Program-made: the position numbers and the translations under genes
Source: Daphnia carinata
Taxonomy: Eukaryota
NCBI RefSeq assembly: GCF_022539665.2
Contig: NC_081333.1
Coordinates: 8,556,001-8,620,000, forward strand
Length of the DNA stretch: 64,000 bases
Reading direction: 5' to 3'
Shown here: in pieces, positions 1 through 15,875 of the stretch
Position numbering within the stretch: position 1 is the first letter of the stretch
Layout: each line of letters begins with the position of its first letter
Notes under the pieces: generated by a model
What the model saw: the letters and a program-made list of their open reading frames with translations, nothing else
The model's database searches: none
What the model was told of the DNA's origin: nothing

Positions 1-51
1 AAGCACGCGAGAAATAAACAAGCGAAAGTGGATTGGTTGATTTTTACTTAC

Positions 52-123
52 AGGATTCGTAGATTGGTGAAGCCTTCAAAGTCCGAGCTCAGCAAACTGG
101 TCAGGTTGTTGCCTTCCAAATTT
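52..123 (-). CDS. slit: Slit-like gene, coding exon 2 (72-nt single-LRR exon); gene continues beyond the left edge
   Basis: Minus strand reads tttttgcag|A AAT TTG GAA GGC AAC AAC CTG...CTA CGA ATC CT|gtaagt, giving (I)NLEGNNLTSLLSSDFEGFTNLRIL, one 24-aa LRR. It is phase 2-2 and joins the exon at 16911-17134 in frame. Not in the ORF track. Confidence 0.8.
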
Positions 124-3100
124 CTGCAAAAAACAAAATCAAACGGAAAGAATCCTTTAGAATGCAATCAAAAAGACGTACAACACACACAAACATACAA
201 AGTGGAGGGGGGGGGGGGACTGCGGATAAGATTCTCTTTAAAGAGTCGAAATTCAATTCTCCAAAGTGGCCATGTTTCTCTTCAAAAACAAAATAAATAA
301 AATAAATAAAGAAAAACTACCCTCATCTATATATATAAAAAAAAAACGAGTGATGGTCAAGAGGTTCTTCTTCGAAAAAAATATCAGACCGTATATAAAA
401 CAACCGCCTTTTTTTTTTTTTTCTTTTCCCCATTGAAGAGATAGCACACCAGAGTTACCCATTTGCTTGGACGATGTGTTTGGGCTTGGTGGTAACAAAA
501 CTTTAACGGAAAGTAGTAGTAGAGAAAGAAGAAAAAAAAAGAAAACGTAATAGAAAGCTAGAGAAGAGCTTTTTAGCTAAGTGCATGTGTAAAAAGGTTG
601 TTGTTGGTGTGTGTCTGCTGGCCGACGACACCGCCACGCAGACGACAATATCATCACAACCGTGGAAATGTTTTTCGTTTTGCCTTTTGGGCCCCGTAAC
701 AACTGGACGAAGAGAAACAACTACAATGAAATTTCTGGAACAACGCAAAGCTCCCACCGTTGTGCTAGACATTCCCTTTAAAAAAAAAAAAAAAAATAAT
801 AATAATAATAAAAACCCTACATATATACGCCCGTCTGTCGCACATAAGACAGGGCACGTTGCTGCCTCGTAAGAGAAAATTCAAACGCAAATATAATGAA
901 ATGATTTTATTTTTTTTTCACTACGACGTCATGTTGTATAATTCGAGAAAAAATAAAGCGTGTCGTAAAGATGTGTTCGACCAGCAAGTGACGTTTCCCG
1001 ATCAGACCAGCTAAAAAGCAAGCGCATACTCCGCCCTCTCTCTCTTTCTTATTGAAACTCCTCCCTTCTCACGCGTAGTCTTTTGTTAGTTTACCAGCTC
1101 CGACTAATGGATTTTATTAGAGGTTTGTTTTTTTTTTTCCCGATGTGTGTGCGAGTTGTGTAGAAGAGAAAACCACCAAGCGCGCACTCGGTTTCGCCCG
1201 GTTTTCGTCTGCGTCCTTCGACTTGATGAGCTCTGAATGGGGAGGGGGGGGGGGGGGGGTAGCAAGAAGAAGCACTGGATGTGTTGCGCGTCGTAACCGC
1301 GCCCTTGCCAACTCCATACTATTCAAGTTCTGTTCTTTTCTTTTTTTTTCCTAATCAATCACGAGTGGCTTTTCTTGTTCAGTATTTTTTTTTTTTTCGG
1401 CTCCTCAACCAATTAAACCATTTGATAGGGCGGGTGCGGTCGATCGAAACACGATCCAAACGGGCCATTCGTTGATGAATTCTGCCCGTCAGATTGTGTG
1501 TCCTCGTTGTTCGTAAGTCCGTCTCGTGCCCCCCTCCATTCCCGCTTTTTATTACCTAATGTCTCATTGTTTTCGTTGTTGTTTGAACTCTGATCGATCC
1601 CGTGAGAGAGGGAAGGAACTAGGACCGAAAATGAAAACCCCGCGTGCGTATTTGGTGTTGCCACTTTGGATCAAGCAAGGCGATAGTCATTGATGCGACA
1701 AGAACCATTCAAACGAGCCAAATCAACAGAAGAAAAATAAAAAATTGCTCTAAAAAAGGGAAAAAGCCCATCACACAAACACCAGCAGTTCGTGACACCC
1801 GAAACCGCAGAACACGGTTTCAAAAAAAAAAACAAACAAATAAAAAACGGGACAGGGCGGACGAAGGCGAAAAAGCCGCATATTATTCATTTAACTAAAA
1901 AATAGAAAATCGTAAAAACTAGTCCCTAATCGGTCAACTGGAAACCAAACAAGTGCGAAATATCATTTTTTTTTTTTTTTTTTTTGGAACGCTGGATGGC
2001 GAAGTTCGTTGTTATCCAACCGTAAAATCATCCCAGTTTTTTTTTTTCGTGACTAATCGATTCGAGGTCAACTTGTTTTCCTACTGATCACGTAGATTTA
2101 AACAAATTATTTAAAACCGGGAATTTTTTTTTTTTTTTTTTCGCCTCAACGTTTGTCTATACACAAATGTGACTGTGGTAAATAGATGGGTTCAAAAGTA
2201 TCAGGGCGACACACAAGGAAAATAGACTATTGTTCTTTTCGGCGTATAGGAAGCAATCACTTAAGAAGAAAAACGTCGACAAAAATCAGAGAGATACAGG
2301 GTAGTACTATGTATATATGCGAAGCATGATTTTGAGGGGGGGGGGGGACGGTCCGTCTCGACTTTCTTTAGTGGCGGGGGGAAGTAATCTGTCGCGACGT
2401 AGGGACGCGCCATCCCTACACTGAACTATACAAGCCCGTTCTTTTTTTTCCCTCTCTTTTGAGATCCATCGATGAATTCCACTCGGAAAGAAATGAAGGG
2501 CAAAACGAAACAAATGTCTTCCATTGAGTTCGCTCTATTGGTTGATGACTCTTTAAAAAAAAAAAAAAAAAAAAGGGAACCCATCTTTAGTTTCAAAGAG
2601 TTCATCATCCTTCCATTTGAAAAGTATTGAAAAAATTCCAATCACATCGTGTCGATTTATCCCTATGTACAATATGAAATACAACTACAATGCGGAAAAA
2701 AGCCTCCGCCCTCTCCCGAAGCAAAGTCTCAAAAGCCAATCATCTGTGGGATAAGCGGCCGAAAATGGACGGAATTTAACGGCTGTGATTGAAGCGGACG
2801 ACGTGGGCCAAGAAACGGGGGGAAGGAGGGGGACGTTGAACAATAAAGAAAAGAAATAATAAAAAAAAAAAAAAAAAAAAGAGGTCCTTTTGAAAACGAA
2901 GAAGATGACAAGAACCACAAGAGGAAATCATGTGGGAGACCGGGGAACGAGTGGCCGATTATTTCATTGACGGCCTCGCCCTTTTCTTCTTTTGACTCTC
3001 TTCATATTGTTCTCTATTTCTCTCGCCGGACTAGAATGGGACTCGTGTCAAGTTTGAGACGTTAACTCCTCCTACACCACTCGCCTTCGCCAACAGGCTT

Positions 3101-3269
3101 TCAATCTAATATAGAAAGCATCCCGTTTGTGAAGCGTCCCTCCAAGACGGGGCCAGTTTCTCTTTACTTTGCCCATCTTCTCTGTATCATGACAATGAAA
3201 ACAAGCAGCGTGTTGAAAACAATTTCCGTCCTGACTTTTTTTTTTTTTCTCATCCAAATAGAAAGATAG

Positions 3270-3304
<35 letters not shown>

Positions 3305-5881
3305 GGTCGGTGTAGATGCTGGGCCGCAATGGCTTTCATCCTGTTTCCAGCTCAAACGAAATGAGGCCCATTCAACGTAAATTCCAAGCCTCCACTGGCA
3401 ATTGCTTACAATTTTCATTCTCTATTTAAACTACTACAAATTTTCTTTCCTTTTCTCGCCCATTCATTTTTCTTTTCACACGCTAAAACTTGGTCATGTC
3501 ACTGCACTTCGCAAAGTACGCCTTCAAGTCTTCGCCGATTTCCACGAAACATAAAAGTGACCCCATAAAAAGAGAACGAATTCATTAAAACTATCAAACT
3601 TCTTCTTTAAAGGTCACAAAGAACGAAGTCATTGGTTATGCGTCCGCGAATGAAAACAAAACAACGCATCCGCAAAGATAAAAAAAAAAAAAAAAAAAGT
3701 ATGACATCATTTAAAAGAATTTTTTAAAATATATTAGAAAAGGAAAAAAAAGAAGAAAAACGTGGGGTGTGAAAAAAAAAAACACTTGCATTTTGCCTCT
3801 CGTCTGTCGACACATTCCTGTTTCGAAGCTAAAGATATCGTCGCTTACGACACCGCTAGAAACTGCGGAATGTCTTAGTTTTTGCCCTGTCTCTTTCTTC
3901 ACCTTACTGCAGCCGACATAATCCATCGACACGGATAGGATGTCACGAACTTTTTTTTTTTATTGTTGCTGTAGTTCTTACTGTCGTGATCGATTACAGG
4001 GACACCTGACTAAAGGGACAATAAAAAGAGAAGGGGAAAAAAAAAAAATAAAAGGAGTTTGAATCCGTTGCAACGAAAAAGAATCAAATATCGATTCACT
4101 TCCTCGAACATTGAAAATTTCAAATAAAGAAAGGAAATGTGGCTATCCAAAATGATGGATGTGCTCCGTCTAAACCGGCAGCTGTTTCAATGACGAATCT
4201 AATCAAGACAGATTGCGTGAACATCAAGTTCATGTTCCTTTTTTTTTTCTTTGTCCATCAGGCGTTCGCCAAAGAAAAATGAACCAGACACCAAGAGCTT
4301 ACATGACCAAGAAAAGAAATACATTCAAAATATTTCCAAAAAAAAAAAAAAAAAAAAAAGCCATAAAGAGCCTTTGCAGCAAGAGCAGAACCAAGTGCCT
4401 ACACTCACGATGGAGTAGTCATTATTGGGATTGGTGCGTATCGGGATAAGCTAAAAACGCGCTATCCATTCGCCAATAAAAAAAATGCCTTAAAAAAAAA
4501 GGAGGGAAAGAGATAAATTATTGTTCGCATTTTTTCCAGCTGTTCCAAACCCTTTTTTTTTCGATATGACAAATTGATGTCCCGCAGTGAAAATTTTCCG
4601 CCTTTTCTGGGTTTGACATTCTCTTTCGTTTTGCATGTCTCGACCTTTTTTGAATGGATAGATTCGTGTCCACCATCTACTCATTTTTCTGCTTTTTCTT
4701 ACACCGATTCGCATGTCTGTATTTAGGCAAAAAAAAAAAAAAAAAAAAAAAAATACGAAGAGGAGAAACCTCATCCAGGTGGACCTGAAATCGCAAACGC
4801 CCTTTTGCCATACAAGGAGCCACGAATTGACACTTTGAAAATGAGTCTGAAAAATGTGCAACGTGACGTGGCCAAATAACAGAGACACTCCATTTACCCC
4901 GCAACCCACCATCGCCTTTAACAACAACAAAGATACAAAAAGCCATTCGTTAAAAATTTTTTGTTTCCCGCGGGCGGCCAACGTCAATTAGTTAGAACTC
5001 AAAACAAAACAAAAAAAAAAAAAAAAAAAAAAAGGTTTTTATTTTGTTAGAAGAGAAAATAAGATAGAGCTTAGCCTAGAAGGTACGGTAGACACTTGGG
5101 TGGGCTTCATTAGCGACACTACTTGGCTCAGGTAAGAGGCTAATGTCAGTCCATGCGTATGCAGTTAGAGAGATAGATCGAGATGGAAATAAAAACAAAA
5201 GAGAACTACGCATTAGCCACCCCGCAGATACAATTGGCTCTGGGACTGTGGCTCGATCTGGAACATGGCTACGATCGATATCAATTGTAGGATACTACAT
5301 GACTTTCTCTTATTCCCTCCATCAAGTTGAATATTGATCCAGTGGGAGCTCTCACACATACACACACGCAAAAGTAGAGACTGTCCAAACAAAATCAGAC
5401 ACGCAATCTCACTCAAGTTGCGCAGCAGACGGCCACGAGTTGGTTTTCGACGATACATCATCAATATAAACAGCAAAAAGAAAAAAAAAAAAAAAAAAAA
5501 AAAAAGGCAATATCGTTGTTGACTCGGAGGTGCGGCCACGATATGATTGGCAACGTACAAGACCTTCAAATCTGCGCCCACTCTATTTTCTTGTATGAAA
5601 AAAAAAGCTGTTCGCAAGATAAGGGAGTGCAAATATTATTGCTTCGGATTTAAGAGGGGCGGAGGTGTAGGAGGACTTTTGGGATTAGCTCCACGTCGCA
5701 TGAATCATTCACACACACACACAAGCAGCACTTCCAAAAAAAGCAAGCAGTGCGGGACGTAAATATAGCTCGCGATGTTGAAACAGCCGTTAGCGAATGC
5801 AGGAATTTGACATCGTACACGATATTGAACCAAAGACCAAAAAAACAAACAAATGGAATTCGAAATTAAATCCCCCCCCCC

Positions 5882-5919
<38 letters not shown>

Positions 5920-6062
5920 TGTAATCAAAAATTGGTGAGAAGAAGATCCGGGTCAACCCTCACTATCTCCCACGAGACTTTTTCTTTCTTTTTTTTTAAA
6001 TCCCGAATTTGATGATTCATTAATTTTAATTCCTCACGTGTTGATGATGACCAAGACCAATT

Positions 6063-6154
<92 letters not shown>

Positions 6155-9039
6155 GGGAGATGATAGGATGTAAAAGAAAAAAAATAAACAAACCAACATA
6201 TCTTGCACGACGATTCACGAAGGCCAAACAAAAAATAGTGATAAATTGTACATCTTTTTTTGGGCCTAGCAGACAACTTAGTCCTTTTTACGAGCCAGTC
6301 AACGGCGACAACCAAATCAAAAAAAAAAAAAATATGAAAACAGAATTTCTTTTAAGCAGCTGCAAGAAACAACAAGATGATAAAGTTGAAGAAGACGAAC
6401 GACACGCACCACTACACGCAGCCGATTCTTGTTAACCATTCTTCGGCAGCAACAAGCGGTGTATACACATTTCCCTTATATGGTGGCCAACACATTTGAG
6501 CTTTCAAAAATATTTAAAACGATTCCACTACTTTAGGGATTAAAAAAAAAAAATGGGGGAAGATTCTCACAAAGCTTTATTCCTACTATGAAAAAGAGAT
6601 TTTTTTTTTCCTTTTTACTATTTTATTATTAAGCTACCGCTTTTTTTTTCGGAATCAAATCCTGCCTGTCGGAATGTGTTACTACCCCCCCCCCCCCCCC
6701 ACACACACAGAAAATAAAAAAAAAATTTGAAACCATGAAGGAGAAGGGACTTGACAAATGGACTATATCATCCGGTCTGATCCCGCCACCGACTTTACTC
6801 AGTCACCGAAAATAGTGAAACTAAATATAAAAATTCAAAAATATAAAATATATAAATGGGAGGGGGGAATAAAAATAAAGGGGGGAAGGATCAAGAAGAA
6901 GAAAAAGAAAAAAAAAAAAAAAAAAAAACGAACTGAGATGCCTCTTTTATTCGGCGCACGTAACTTCCAACAGGAGCGTGTCGTTCCCAAAAGGAATTTT
7001 ACACACTAAAAACAGCACCGCTCTCTGGCAAACGGAACCGTATAATGTTTCCTCAAGTTCGGGGGAGAGAATAAGACACCCTACAGTCGACCACTACTCC
7101 CCCCCCCCCCCACGCACCCCCCATTGAATCTATCCAACCCCTCATCGCATATCAAAAAAAGAAACACACACAAAAAAAGAGGAAGAAAAGGCTCACCATC
7201 ATTCAATGTTGGTCTGACCATTGTCGCTGACAAATCTATCTACATATTTGGTAGTTATTTTCAACCTTTTAAAAAGGGTACAAAACAAAAGAATCTCCCC
7301 TCAAAAAAAAAGAAATGTCCTTTCTCAACATCCCCTACAATTTTCTTTTTTTTTTTCCATCCAGAATTCCTCGTAATTCTAATAATAAATAGACACTGGC
7401 ATCAACTTCTTCTTCGTGTTTATAGCCGCGTAGGGCTGAATAAAAGAAAAAAACGGCAGATAAAAAAGCTTCTCTCTTTTCTTTTCGTTTACGATAAAAG
7501 GACAATTGAGAAAAGTGAGTGGGAAAAGCCGAATTCCCGACAATTTTTCTTCGTTTTTTTTTCGGGAGCACAGACAGATATGGCTTGCTAGCGATTGGAT
7601 AAGCTGTCCTCCAATATCTATCAATGCCGGAGAAAATGTTTCCCGATAATAAAGAGCTCTGCCAAATTCGATTTTCTACATAGTAGCCCATCATCCGAAA
7701 CAATCACGAACAAGAAAAAAAAAAAAAAAAAAAAAACAATGACAAACTCGTGATATGAACGACTTGAATTTCCTGCTAAGTATCAACGACGGCGAGTGGA
7801 CTTGTCGAGAAACCCACCCCATCATGTGAACGTAGAGAGAGAAAAAAAAAAGGGCTGCCAACACGCAAAACCGGTTTGTTTACGACTAAAAACATGTGAA
7901 CTGAATCGTTTCAAAAAAAGGCCCTGATTTTTCGTAGAATTCCCTATCGATCGATGACAATTTATACAACAAGACTTGAAAAAAAAAAAAAATGATTATC
8001 AATGCTATTGAGCACATGATCTGTTGTAGGCATACATACAAATATAAAATCGATAGGAAAACTTTGATTCACGGCAAAGTAACATTTTCTTTTCGTTATC
8101 TGGTGGGACCTACACGTAATAGTACAATAACACGAAGCTTATAAGAGTTCATCGGACGGGAGTTATATATTTCGCCTTATATAGACCTATCGATGGTGTT
8201 CCGACTACCCAAACTCGTCCTGATTGAATAACAAGCAACAAACGTACCGGAGAAAAAAAAAAAAAAAAAAGTCTTTTGCAAAATGAATGTCGGTCGGGAA
8301 AGAAACGAAAGCCTTTTTCTATATACGAGCGTTGAAAGACTAATCGAAATGTTTGGATTGACCAACGATGTAGTCTACACATTGAATCTTTGCAGCAGAG
8401 ATGGGTCGGGGGAATTGATCGTTGCGTAAAAATTAGACGTCTCAATCAACATAACGGGGCAAACGCGTCTAATTAATGAACGAAAGGTTTAAAAAAAAAA
8501 AAAAAACAGTTGGTCAACGGGTCGAAGAGGGACAAGGTCAAATGGTGAAATTCATTCGTCAGTGACAAGAGACTATAAGCGTCGAGTTGATATAGTAGCC
8601 AGTCTATAATATGTTATACACTAAAACAATTTTTTTTTTGTTGCTCTCAACGCCGCTCGATTCCACACGCCATTTCCCGTCCCCCCAAAAAGTTTTCGCT
8701 TTCATGGGCGCTATAAAAAAAATAAAATAAGAAAAACATGCCACTGCCAGCCGGGCAAAGCAGACAAAAAAACAACAATGTCTTTACTACTAGTCGACCA
8801 ATCCAATCTTGTTCTATACGGTGCTGCTATTACTACATCAACATGGGGAAAAAAACAAAACAAAACACAAAAAAACAACAACAAAAAAAAAAAAAAAAAT
8901 AAATAGTTTGCAACCGTTTTTTTTTTTTATTATTATTATTTTTAGTGCGTTCGGTTCTGGATAGACTTTAAAAATAAATAAAGAATTCATATATAACGAT
9001 TCACGTTATATGAACAACATGGTCGGCAAAAAGAAGAAG

Positions 9040-9070
<31 letters not shown>

Positions 9071-9306
9071 GGCGTGCCAGTCACGCGACGGGGTGCTCGA
9101 GCACTATAGCATATTATTCGTTTTGATGATGGAAGCAATCGGTGATTCACGATTATAGTCCGGAGGGGTAGGAGCTCAGCGCACACCAGATCGCCAACAC
9201 AGGGGCCGACAGAGGCCCAGAGGATGAATCGTTCATTGGCGAAATAGACTGAAGAGAAAACAAGTCGGGATGGGCAATCATTGAGTATTTCCGTCAGGCA
9301 CACAAA

Positions 9307-9345
<39 letters not shown>

Positions 9346-12300
9346 TAAAATAAAAAAAAAAGAGATGCCGCTCTACGCTCGTTACGGAATAGAAGGAGGG
9401 AAATTTCCTTTTTCAGCTGGCGTGTTTTGTTTTTTGTGTGTGTGTGTGTGTGTGTGTTTGTTTCGTTTTTTTTTTTCCCCATAAAGATGGCAGGCTTCAT
9501 CGAGTATTTACGGTCGGTAATCATCGCCGAGTTTGCAGCAATGAACTGGGAAAAATAAAGAAATCCTTTCAGACAATATTTCATTTGTTTTTCTCGTCGG
9601 AGACCGTAGCGAATTGTAACAACTCTGGAACTATTCCCGGAAAACATAAGAAACATATAAAAACGGGAAGGAAAGATGATCTATAACCCCTATCTTCATT
9701 TTTAGGATTTTTTACGGTCTATGGTCTTCTTCTTTCATCGCCGACAATGTTGTTTGTAGAAAAAAGAAAAAAACACGAACGATCCGTTAAGCGAATCTCT
9801 GAACGTCGCAATCTGGTTTATTTCATTCGATCAACGTTCAATGATGTCGATGAAATTTAAAGAAAAAGATAATCAGCCTTTTCCTATGTAAAACGGCTGT
9901 AAAGAGCCGAAGGACAATCGTACCATTGTCAGCCGAACTCTCTCTCCCGATAAAATTCAAATAATTTTCCTCCAAACAGTGGGATATTAAACGAAATAGC
10001 GGGACTGGATTTGCATTCAAAGCATTTTTCCAACAACGTCCAAAGCGCAAAAACGATACGACCAACAATTTCGCTAAAAACACAAATTTAATTCTCAAAG
10101 ATCCTCTCTCGCCAATCGATTCGTTTTCATTTTCGCATCGAGTCTCGTAAGTGGGAACCAAATAAAAACCAAAAAAAAACTAGTCAACATAATCCTCGTG
10201 ATTGCTATCTTATCGGTTAGTCACGCTCGACAAAAGCTCCCCTTCCAAGGAATTTGAATAGATAAGGACAAAAGGCTAAATACATTGGATAGCGTTGAAA
10301 GGGAATAAAGTCACCACCCCCACACGCGGCGGTTCGAGTATGTGATGAAAATTCGCGTGATTCAACTTGCTACGTGACTCGCAACGCATACACGCTTGAC
10401 GTCACAACGGAGCTTGCTTCAACAATTATTTTCTTTTTTTTTTTTTTCAATTATCGTCCAAACCATTTGAGACCTGCAGTTCACATTACGTTTCAACTGC
10501 AAATGAGCAAGTTCGGGGTAGCCAAAAACATGTCACCTGAACGAAAGCGCATCGTTTGCGCGTGAACATAAAAAGAAAAAACTATGTCGTCCTCACGCCC
10601 CGGGAATGACTCGATGCTTGGCCGGATTTCCTGGACCATCACGCCATTATTCGATTTGGTTATTTTTTTTTTTTTTTTGGTTTTTTTTTTTATTTCAAAG
10701 AGGAAAAAGCGTTTTTCAAAGTGGGCCAGCATCTCTGCGATTGCGAGGGGGGGACAATGGGAGCCTAGTTTTCTTGCTTTTCTAGTTTCTGTTAATGAAC
10801 ATTCTATTTCAATAGGTCGAGGCGGTAACAAGAAAAACACTGTGACGGTCTATTGAGAGACGGAGAATAAGAAAAAGGGGGCCCCTTTTTTCCATTGTGG
10901 AAGAAAAACGAGGCGGTCGACTCTGTTACACTGTCGGAGTCATTAGCATCGGGCAAACATTCGAAGGGGAAAAAGAAAAAAGAACAAGCCCCACCGAAAA
11001 ACAAAAAACAAAAATAGGAAGACAAAAACAACCTTCACCATCACACGGCTATATTACATGCATCGTTTTCTTTCTCTCTTACAAGTTGTACAGTTCTCTC
11101 TTTACTGGAGGCCTTTCGTGGAACTCAAAGAAAGAAACTGTAGGTAGTAATTGGGAGGCCAATGTACGGTAGAGCACACACAATGAGGTGGTAAGGTAGG
11201 GTGTAAAACGATCAAGAATTCTCTCACACAAAATTTCGTTTTTTTTTTTTCAAATAAAAGAGGAGCACCCTCTTTTTTTTTCTTCGAGTTTGTTTAGACT
11301 GACCTAAGCAAACCATGTCAAAAAAAAAGGGTGCTAATAACTGGGCAACCCACAGGTGTATTTTTGTGCCCGAAATCAAAGTTCACACGGCGGAGAATTT
11401 GTATTTTTACCGTTAAGATTTTTCCTATTTTTATTAGGTGGTTGTCGAAAAATTATTTGTGCATTACGGTGGAGGATTTTCTCTGGCTTTTATTAGAGGC
11501 AAATGAGTGCGGTGTAATCAAGTTCCCTCAAGATAACGATATCAAATAGCTTCATTCCCTGTATATTAGATCAACGATATAACCCCAGAATCTCATTTCC
11601 GCTGTCTCGATTGATTTACGACTAGAATCAAATTGAAAACAACCGACATTTCAATCCGTTAGTCTCCCCCCCCCCCTTCCAATGCGTTTTTTTCTCTTTT
11701 TCTTTTTTTTTTTGTGTGTGTGTGTTTTTTTTTTTTAATTATCCTCCTATTTTATTTTTTTTAAGTGGTGGGCGCAGTCGGAAACATGGAGAACAAGAAA
11801 ATGCCAGTAGTAAACATAACCCGGGCCCCATTTTGTTCCCTTGTACTTCGTTAACCATCGGGAGAACGAGAGGGAAACGACCATATAGTTTGGAGCGTTA
11901 AAGGAGGGGGTACACACACACACACACACAAAAGTCAAACAGAATAAAAAAAAAAAAATTTTGTTTCTTAAAAAAAAATAAAACACAAACTTTTTTTCTT
12001 TCAAAAAAGAAATCCTCCACAAAAGAAGAATGGGGGAAAAGAATAAAAAGGAAGAAGAAAAAAAAAAGGTCTCATCTATCGTGTAAATCACGACCGATCC
12101 GAGAAGGGAGGGAGGAAAGGACAAGAGAAAAAAAAAAAAAAAAAAAGGTAGCCCATGTCCAACAAACCGGTGTGCCCAACAAGGGTCAGGTCCATTTGTC
12201 ATGAAGGGAACGAGAAAGAGAGAGAAAGAGAGAGGAGCGGGCACATTTTCGGGGTCAGCTCAGCCAGTGTCGACATGACCAGCACCGCGGTGGGTCCCTC

Positions 12301-12573
12301 GTGTCTCACCGCGACCCCCTCTCTCTCTTCTAACCAACTAACAATATATACCTTCGCATTCCTATCAAAGTAAGAAAAGATCCCCCTCTTAAAAGAATTT
12401 TTTTGGTTTTGAGGAAGAAAAAAAGGGGGCGGCTTTGATTGCCGATTTTGTTCTTTTGCTTTTTAACGTGCCTATTGTAAGGGGCCTTTCATCAACTTAA
12501 AAAGATGTATTTCAAAAGTTCTAATGAGACCGCAAACAGAAAGAAAAAGATGGGATCGAGTTGAAGGAAACGC

Positions 12574-12617
<44 letters not shown>

Positions 12618-15600
12618 CACATTTCTCTTATCGGCGACGTGTCAAATGGCTCAGCCGGGGTTGACATGCGTGTCAATCATGGCCAGGCTAAAGAAAACAA
12701 CACTAAATGGACGCGTCTGGGACGAGCGGCGTCACCTATGCGATTAACTTACAAGAGATGATATTCTACTGTATGTGTTCCTTCTCTTATGTCTCTCGTA
12801 CCTAAAACAAATCTTGGCCAGGTGGAATTTTTTTTTTTTTGTTTGGCCTCGACCTCTTCAAACAGCCACAGAGACATAAGAGAAACAAAACAAAAATACG
12901 TTTGATCGTAAATTATCAGTGGCGTCATTCTTTTCTTTTTTCCCTTAGATTTTTCGTTCCTGTCTTCGCCATTTTTCTATCCGAGCTATTAAAACAAAAA
13001 CGGCTTTACAATAAATTTCAAACGGAAAATGCACTGGAAAAAAAAAGACAGCGCTGATTTCAAATGAAAAAAAAACAAAAAAAAAAAAACAAACAAAATC
13101 TTTCCCCTTTTTGTTCTTTGCTGCTCAATCTGTGATTTATAAATGAATAAAAAAAGAAATCAAAAAATCCAACAAAAGAAGGAGAAAACAGGGAGAGAGG
13201 AGCGGCTTCCAACCCGTAGGAAAAAAACAAAACAAAAAACAGACGGGACTCCAATCATTTGGATAGGGTGTGTGTGTGTGTGTGTGTGTTTGTTCACGTC
13301 AAGTGACACGATACGACCAGGGCACGAAATCGAGCGCGCGGGCGCGTTGAATTCTTCCCTTTTTTTTTTCTCTTCTTCAGGGGGGATTTCTTTTCATCTT
13401 CTTTTGTTTGAATAATCTGCGGGCTCAATCTCCCCACGTTTGTGTGTGTTGAAAACACACACAAGTGCAACGGGGCCCATTCCGACAGTTTCTGACTTGA
13501 TCTCTAGACCCAATCTTCTACTACCCCAGCACAGTCCCAAAAAGAGAAATAATAAAAACCCGTCGAAACAAATGTTTCAACTCCTCCGTTTGAATTTTCT
13601 ACACAAGAGAACAAGAGAAAACAAAATAAAAAAAAAAGCGTAGATTCTTATCCACTAACTTTTTTTTTTTCTCACAGAGTTGAGGGAAACCAACACAACA
13701 CGTCATTGGTGGCCGGGATGGTTACGAACAAAAAGGAATGACGCCCCGGACGTCTTTTTTTATAGATAGGAATTATATCGTTGTAGATGATTGGCTCACT
13801 GGTCGTTTCTCAACATGAAAATATCAGCATCGAACTGGCCGATCATCAAATATAGTTTTAATATCGGCCAACGACAACAACAACAACAAAAAAAAAACGG
13901 TCTATGCAATACAGCTTTAGTGATAACGATAAACGTATCAATCACTTAAAGGCGGTGTTATAAATTGTATTAGCCTGTACAGGAAATGCTGAATACTCTA
14001 GTAGATGGATTCTTTCTTTCTTTTTTTTTTCGAGCAGGATCATTTCCAAATGGGGTACACGCACGATAGTGGGCCAAAGTATCTACTTGTGTAGCTGAGA
14101 AATACAAGGTGAGAGCCGACCAATCTAGTTAAGATTGGGGTGGCCATCCAAGAATCCATTTACTATTTTTCTTTTTCTCCCAATGCTCCGCCTACCTCAT
14201 CATCTTCGATTTGGGGTTGCTCTTTCAGAAAATGTGAAAACCAAGAGAAATAAAAATAGAAGAGAAAAAAAAATAAACCGTAAGGGGGTTGGAGGAAAGA
14301 AGACAAAAAAAAAAAAATGCTGATCTCTCTTCCAGAGAATGAGAGAGCAAGAGAGTGAGCGCGCGCAGAGGGAGCCGATCGTTAATTTCCAGTGATCCCA
14401 GACAGCGTCCATCGACATGGGGAACGACATCGATCATAACACATCGACATCGTTTATTAGAATGCAGCATTTTTTTTTTCGCCCTCCTTCGCTCAACGTT
14501 TTTCACAGACGTCATTGAGCCTCATTTGAAAACGCGCATTTTTGCTAAGATGACCATCAAAAAAAAAACCTCGCTTATAATCACTGATGCTTGTTTTACG
14601 TACATTTATCGCTTCATCGACGACGCCCTCCTCCACCCTTCCTAAAAATCGCGCGCTATCGACTTCCGGTGTAGGGCCAACGTCGAGTTTGACGCTGAAC
14701 CGAATCGCCTTTTAATGCGTATCTGTGTTGAGACGGATCCCACTTGCAACCGAACACATGGGAAGAGCACGAACTTTACGAGGCCGCTCTAGATAATGGA
14801 CGGCACTCCATCCTGTTAAAAAAACTCCCGCGTGCACGCGCTCTCTGACGCTAAACAAAAACACAGAGAGTCTGGCTGCTGCCCCATTGTTTCGTGTTTT
14901 GATTTATTCGGCTACAATCATAGCCCATTAGCTTCTCTTACCACACACACACACACACACACACACATCAGCCCATAATAAACAGCCCCCCCCACCCAAA
15001 ATAAAAACAAGCCTGTGGGAAGTGCGGAGATTGAGGAGAACGGTGTTTTTCAAGTAGAGAAAAAAAAAATCCCGTCCCTGTTTCTCGTTCGTGCGCAATG
15101 TCAAGAGAGACAGGCAAACATTCCTTTTCTCTTTGCCCTTCATAATATGCTCCGAATAAGGTAAACATTAGCTACCGTCTTTCTGTCCCGGCGCTGTTAT
15201 AAACTTTTATGATGTACACGACAAGTACCGAGTTCAAAAAAGCTCATCATAAAATTCCAAAAAAAAAAAAAATTGTAAAAGGAACGAAAAGAAGAAGAAA
15301 ATAACAAGTAGGGAAGGTCATTTTTCAGATAATACTATGCCAGCACACGCTTCAAGTAGTACTTATAAAATAATAAACGAATTAAAAAATAAGAATGGCC
15401 GTACCGATATCGCTCCGGAAAAACCAAAACACAAAATATGATTTACTTTCAAATAAGCACAAAGCCTCCCCGTGATTAAGGTCTAGAAAACAAAAGCGCC
15501 CTCAAACATGTACGTATCCGTACGAGCGGAAGATGACATAATGGATCGGATCAAGAGAGGCGTGAAATTCAAATAATAATAATAAAAAATAAAAATTCTA

Positions 15601-15829
15601 ACCAAAACAAAAAACAAAACAAAAAAATGAAAAATTCCCAATCATCATCAGCCTGGTATTATAGTCATAAAGAGGAGGAAGATAGAATGAAAAATGGGGT
15701 CGTTGCCCACCACGCAACGTCCGGGATAGGCAATCGAGTCGAAATCCGGGGACGTGCTCACCTTTCGCGCAAACCCACAGGAACGGATTTAAAAACAAAA
15801 AAAATCACGAAATATATTTTTTCTTTAAA

Positions 15830-15875
<46 letters not shown>

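Noticed and set aside
5925..6315. ORFs with SLSLSL repeats
   Set aside because: Artefact of the (GA)44 microsatellite.
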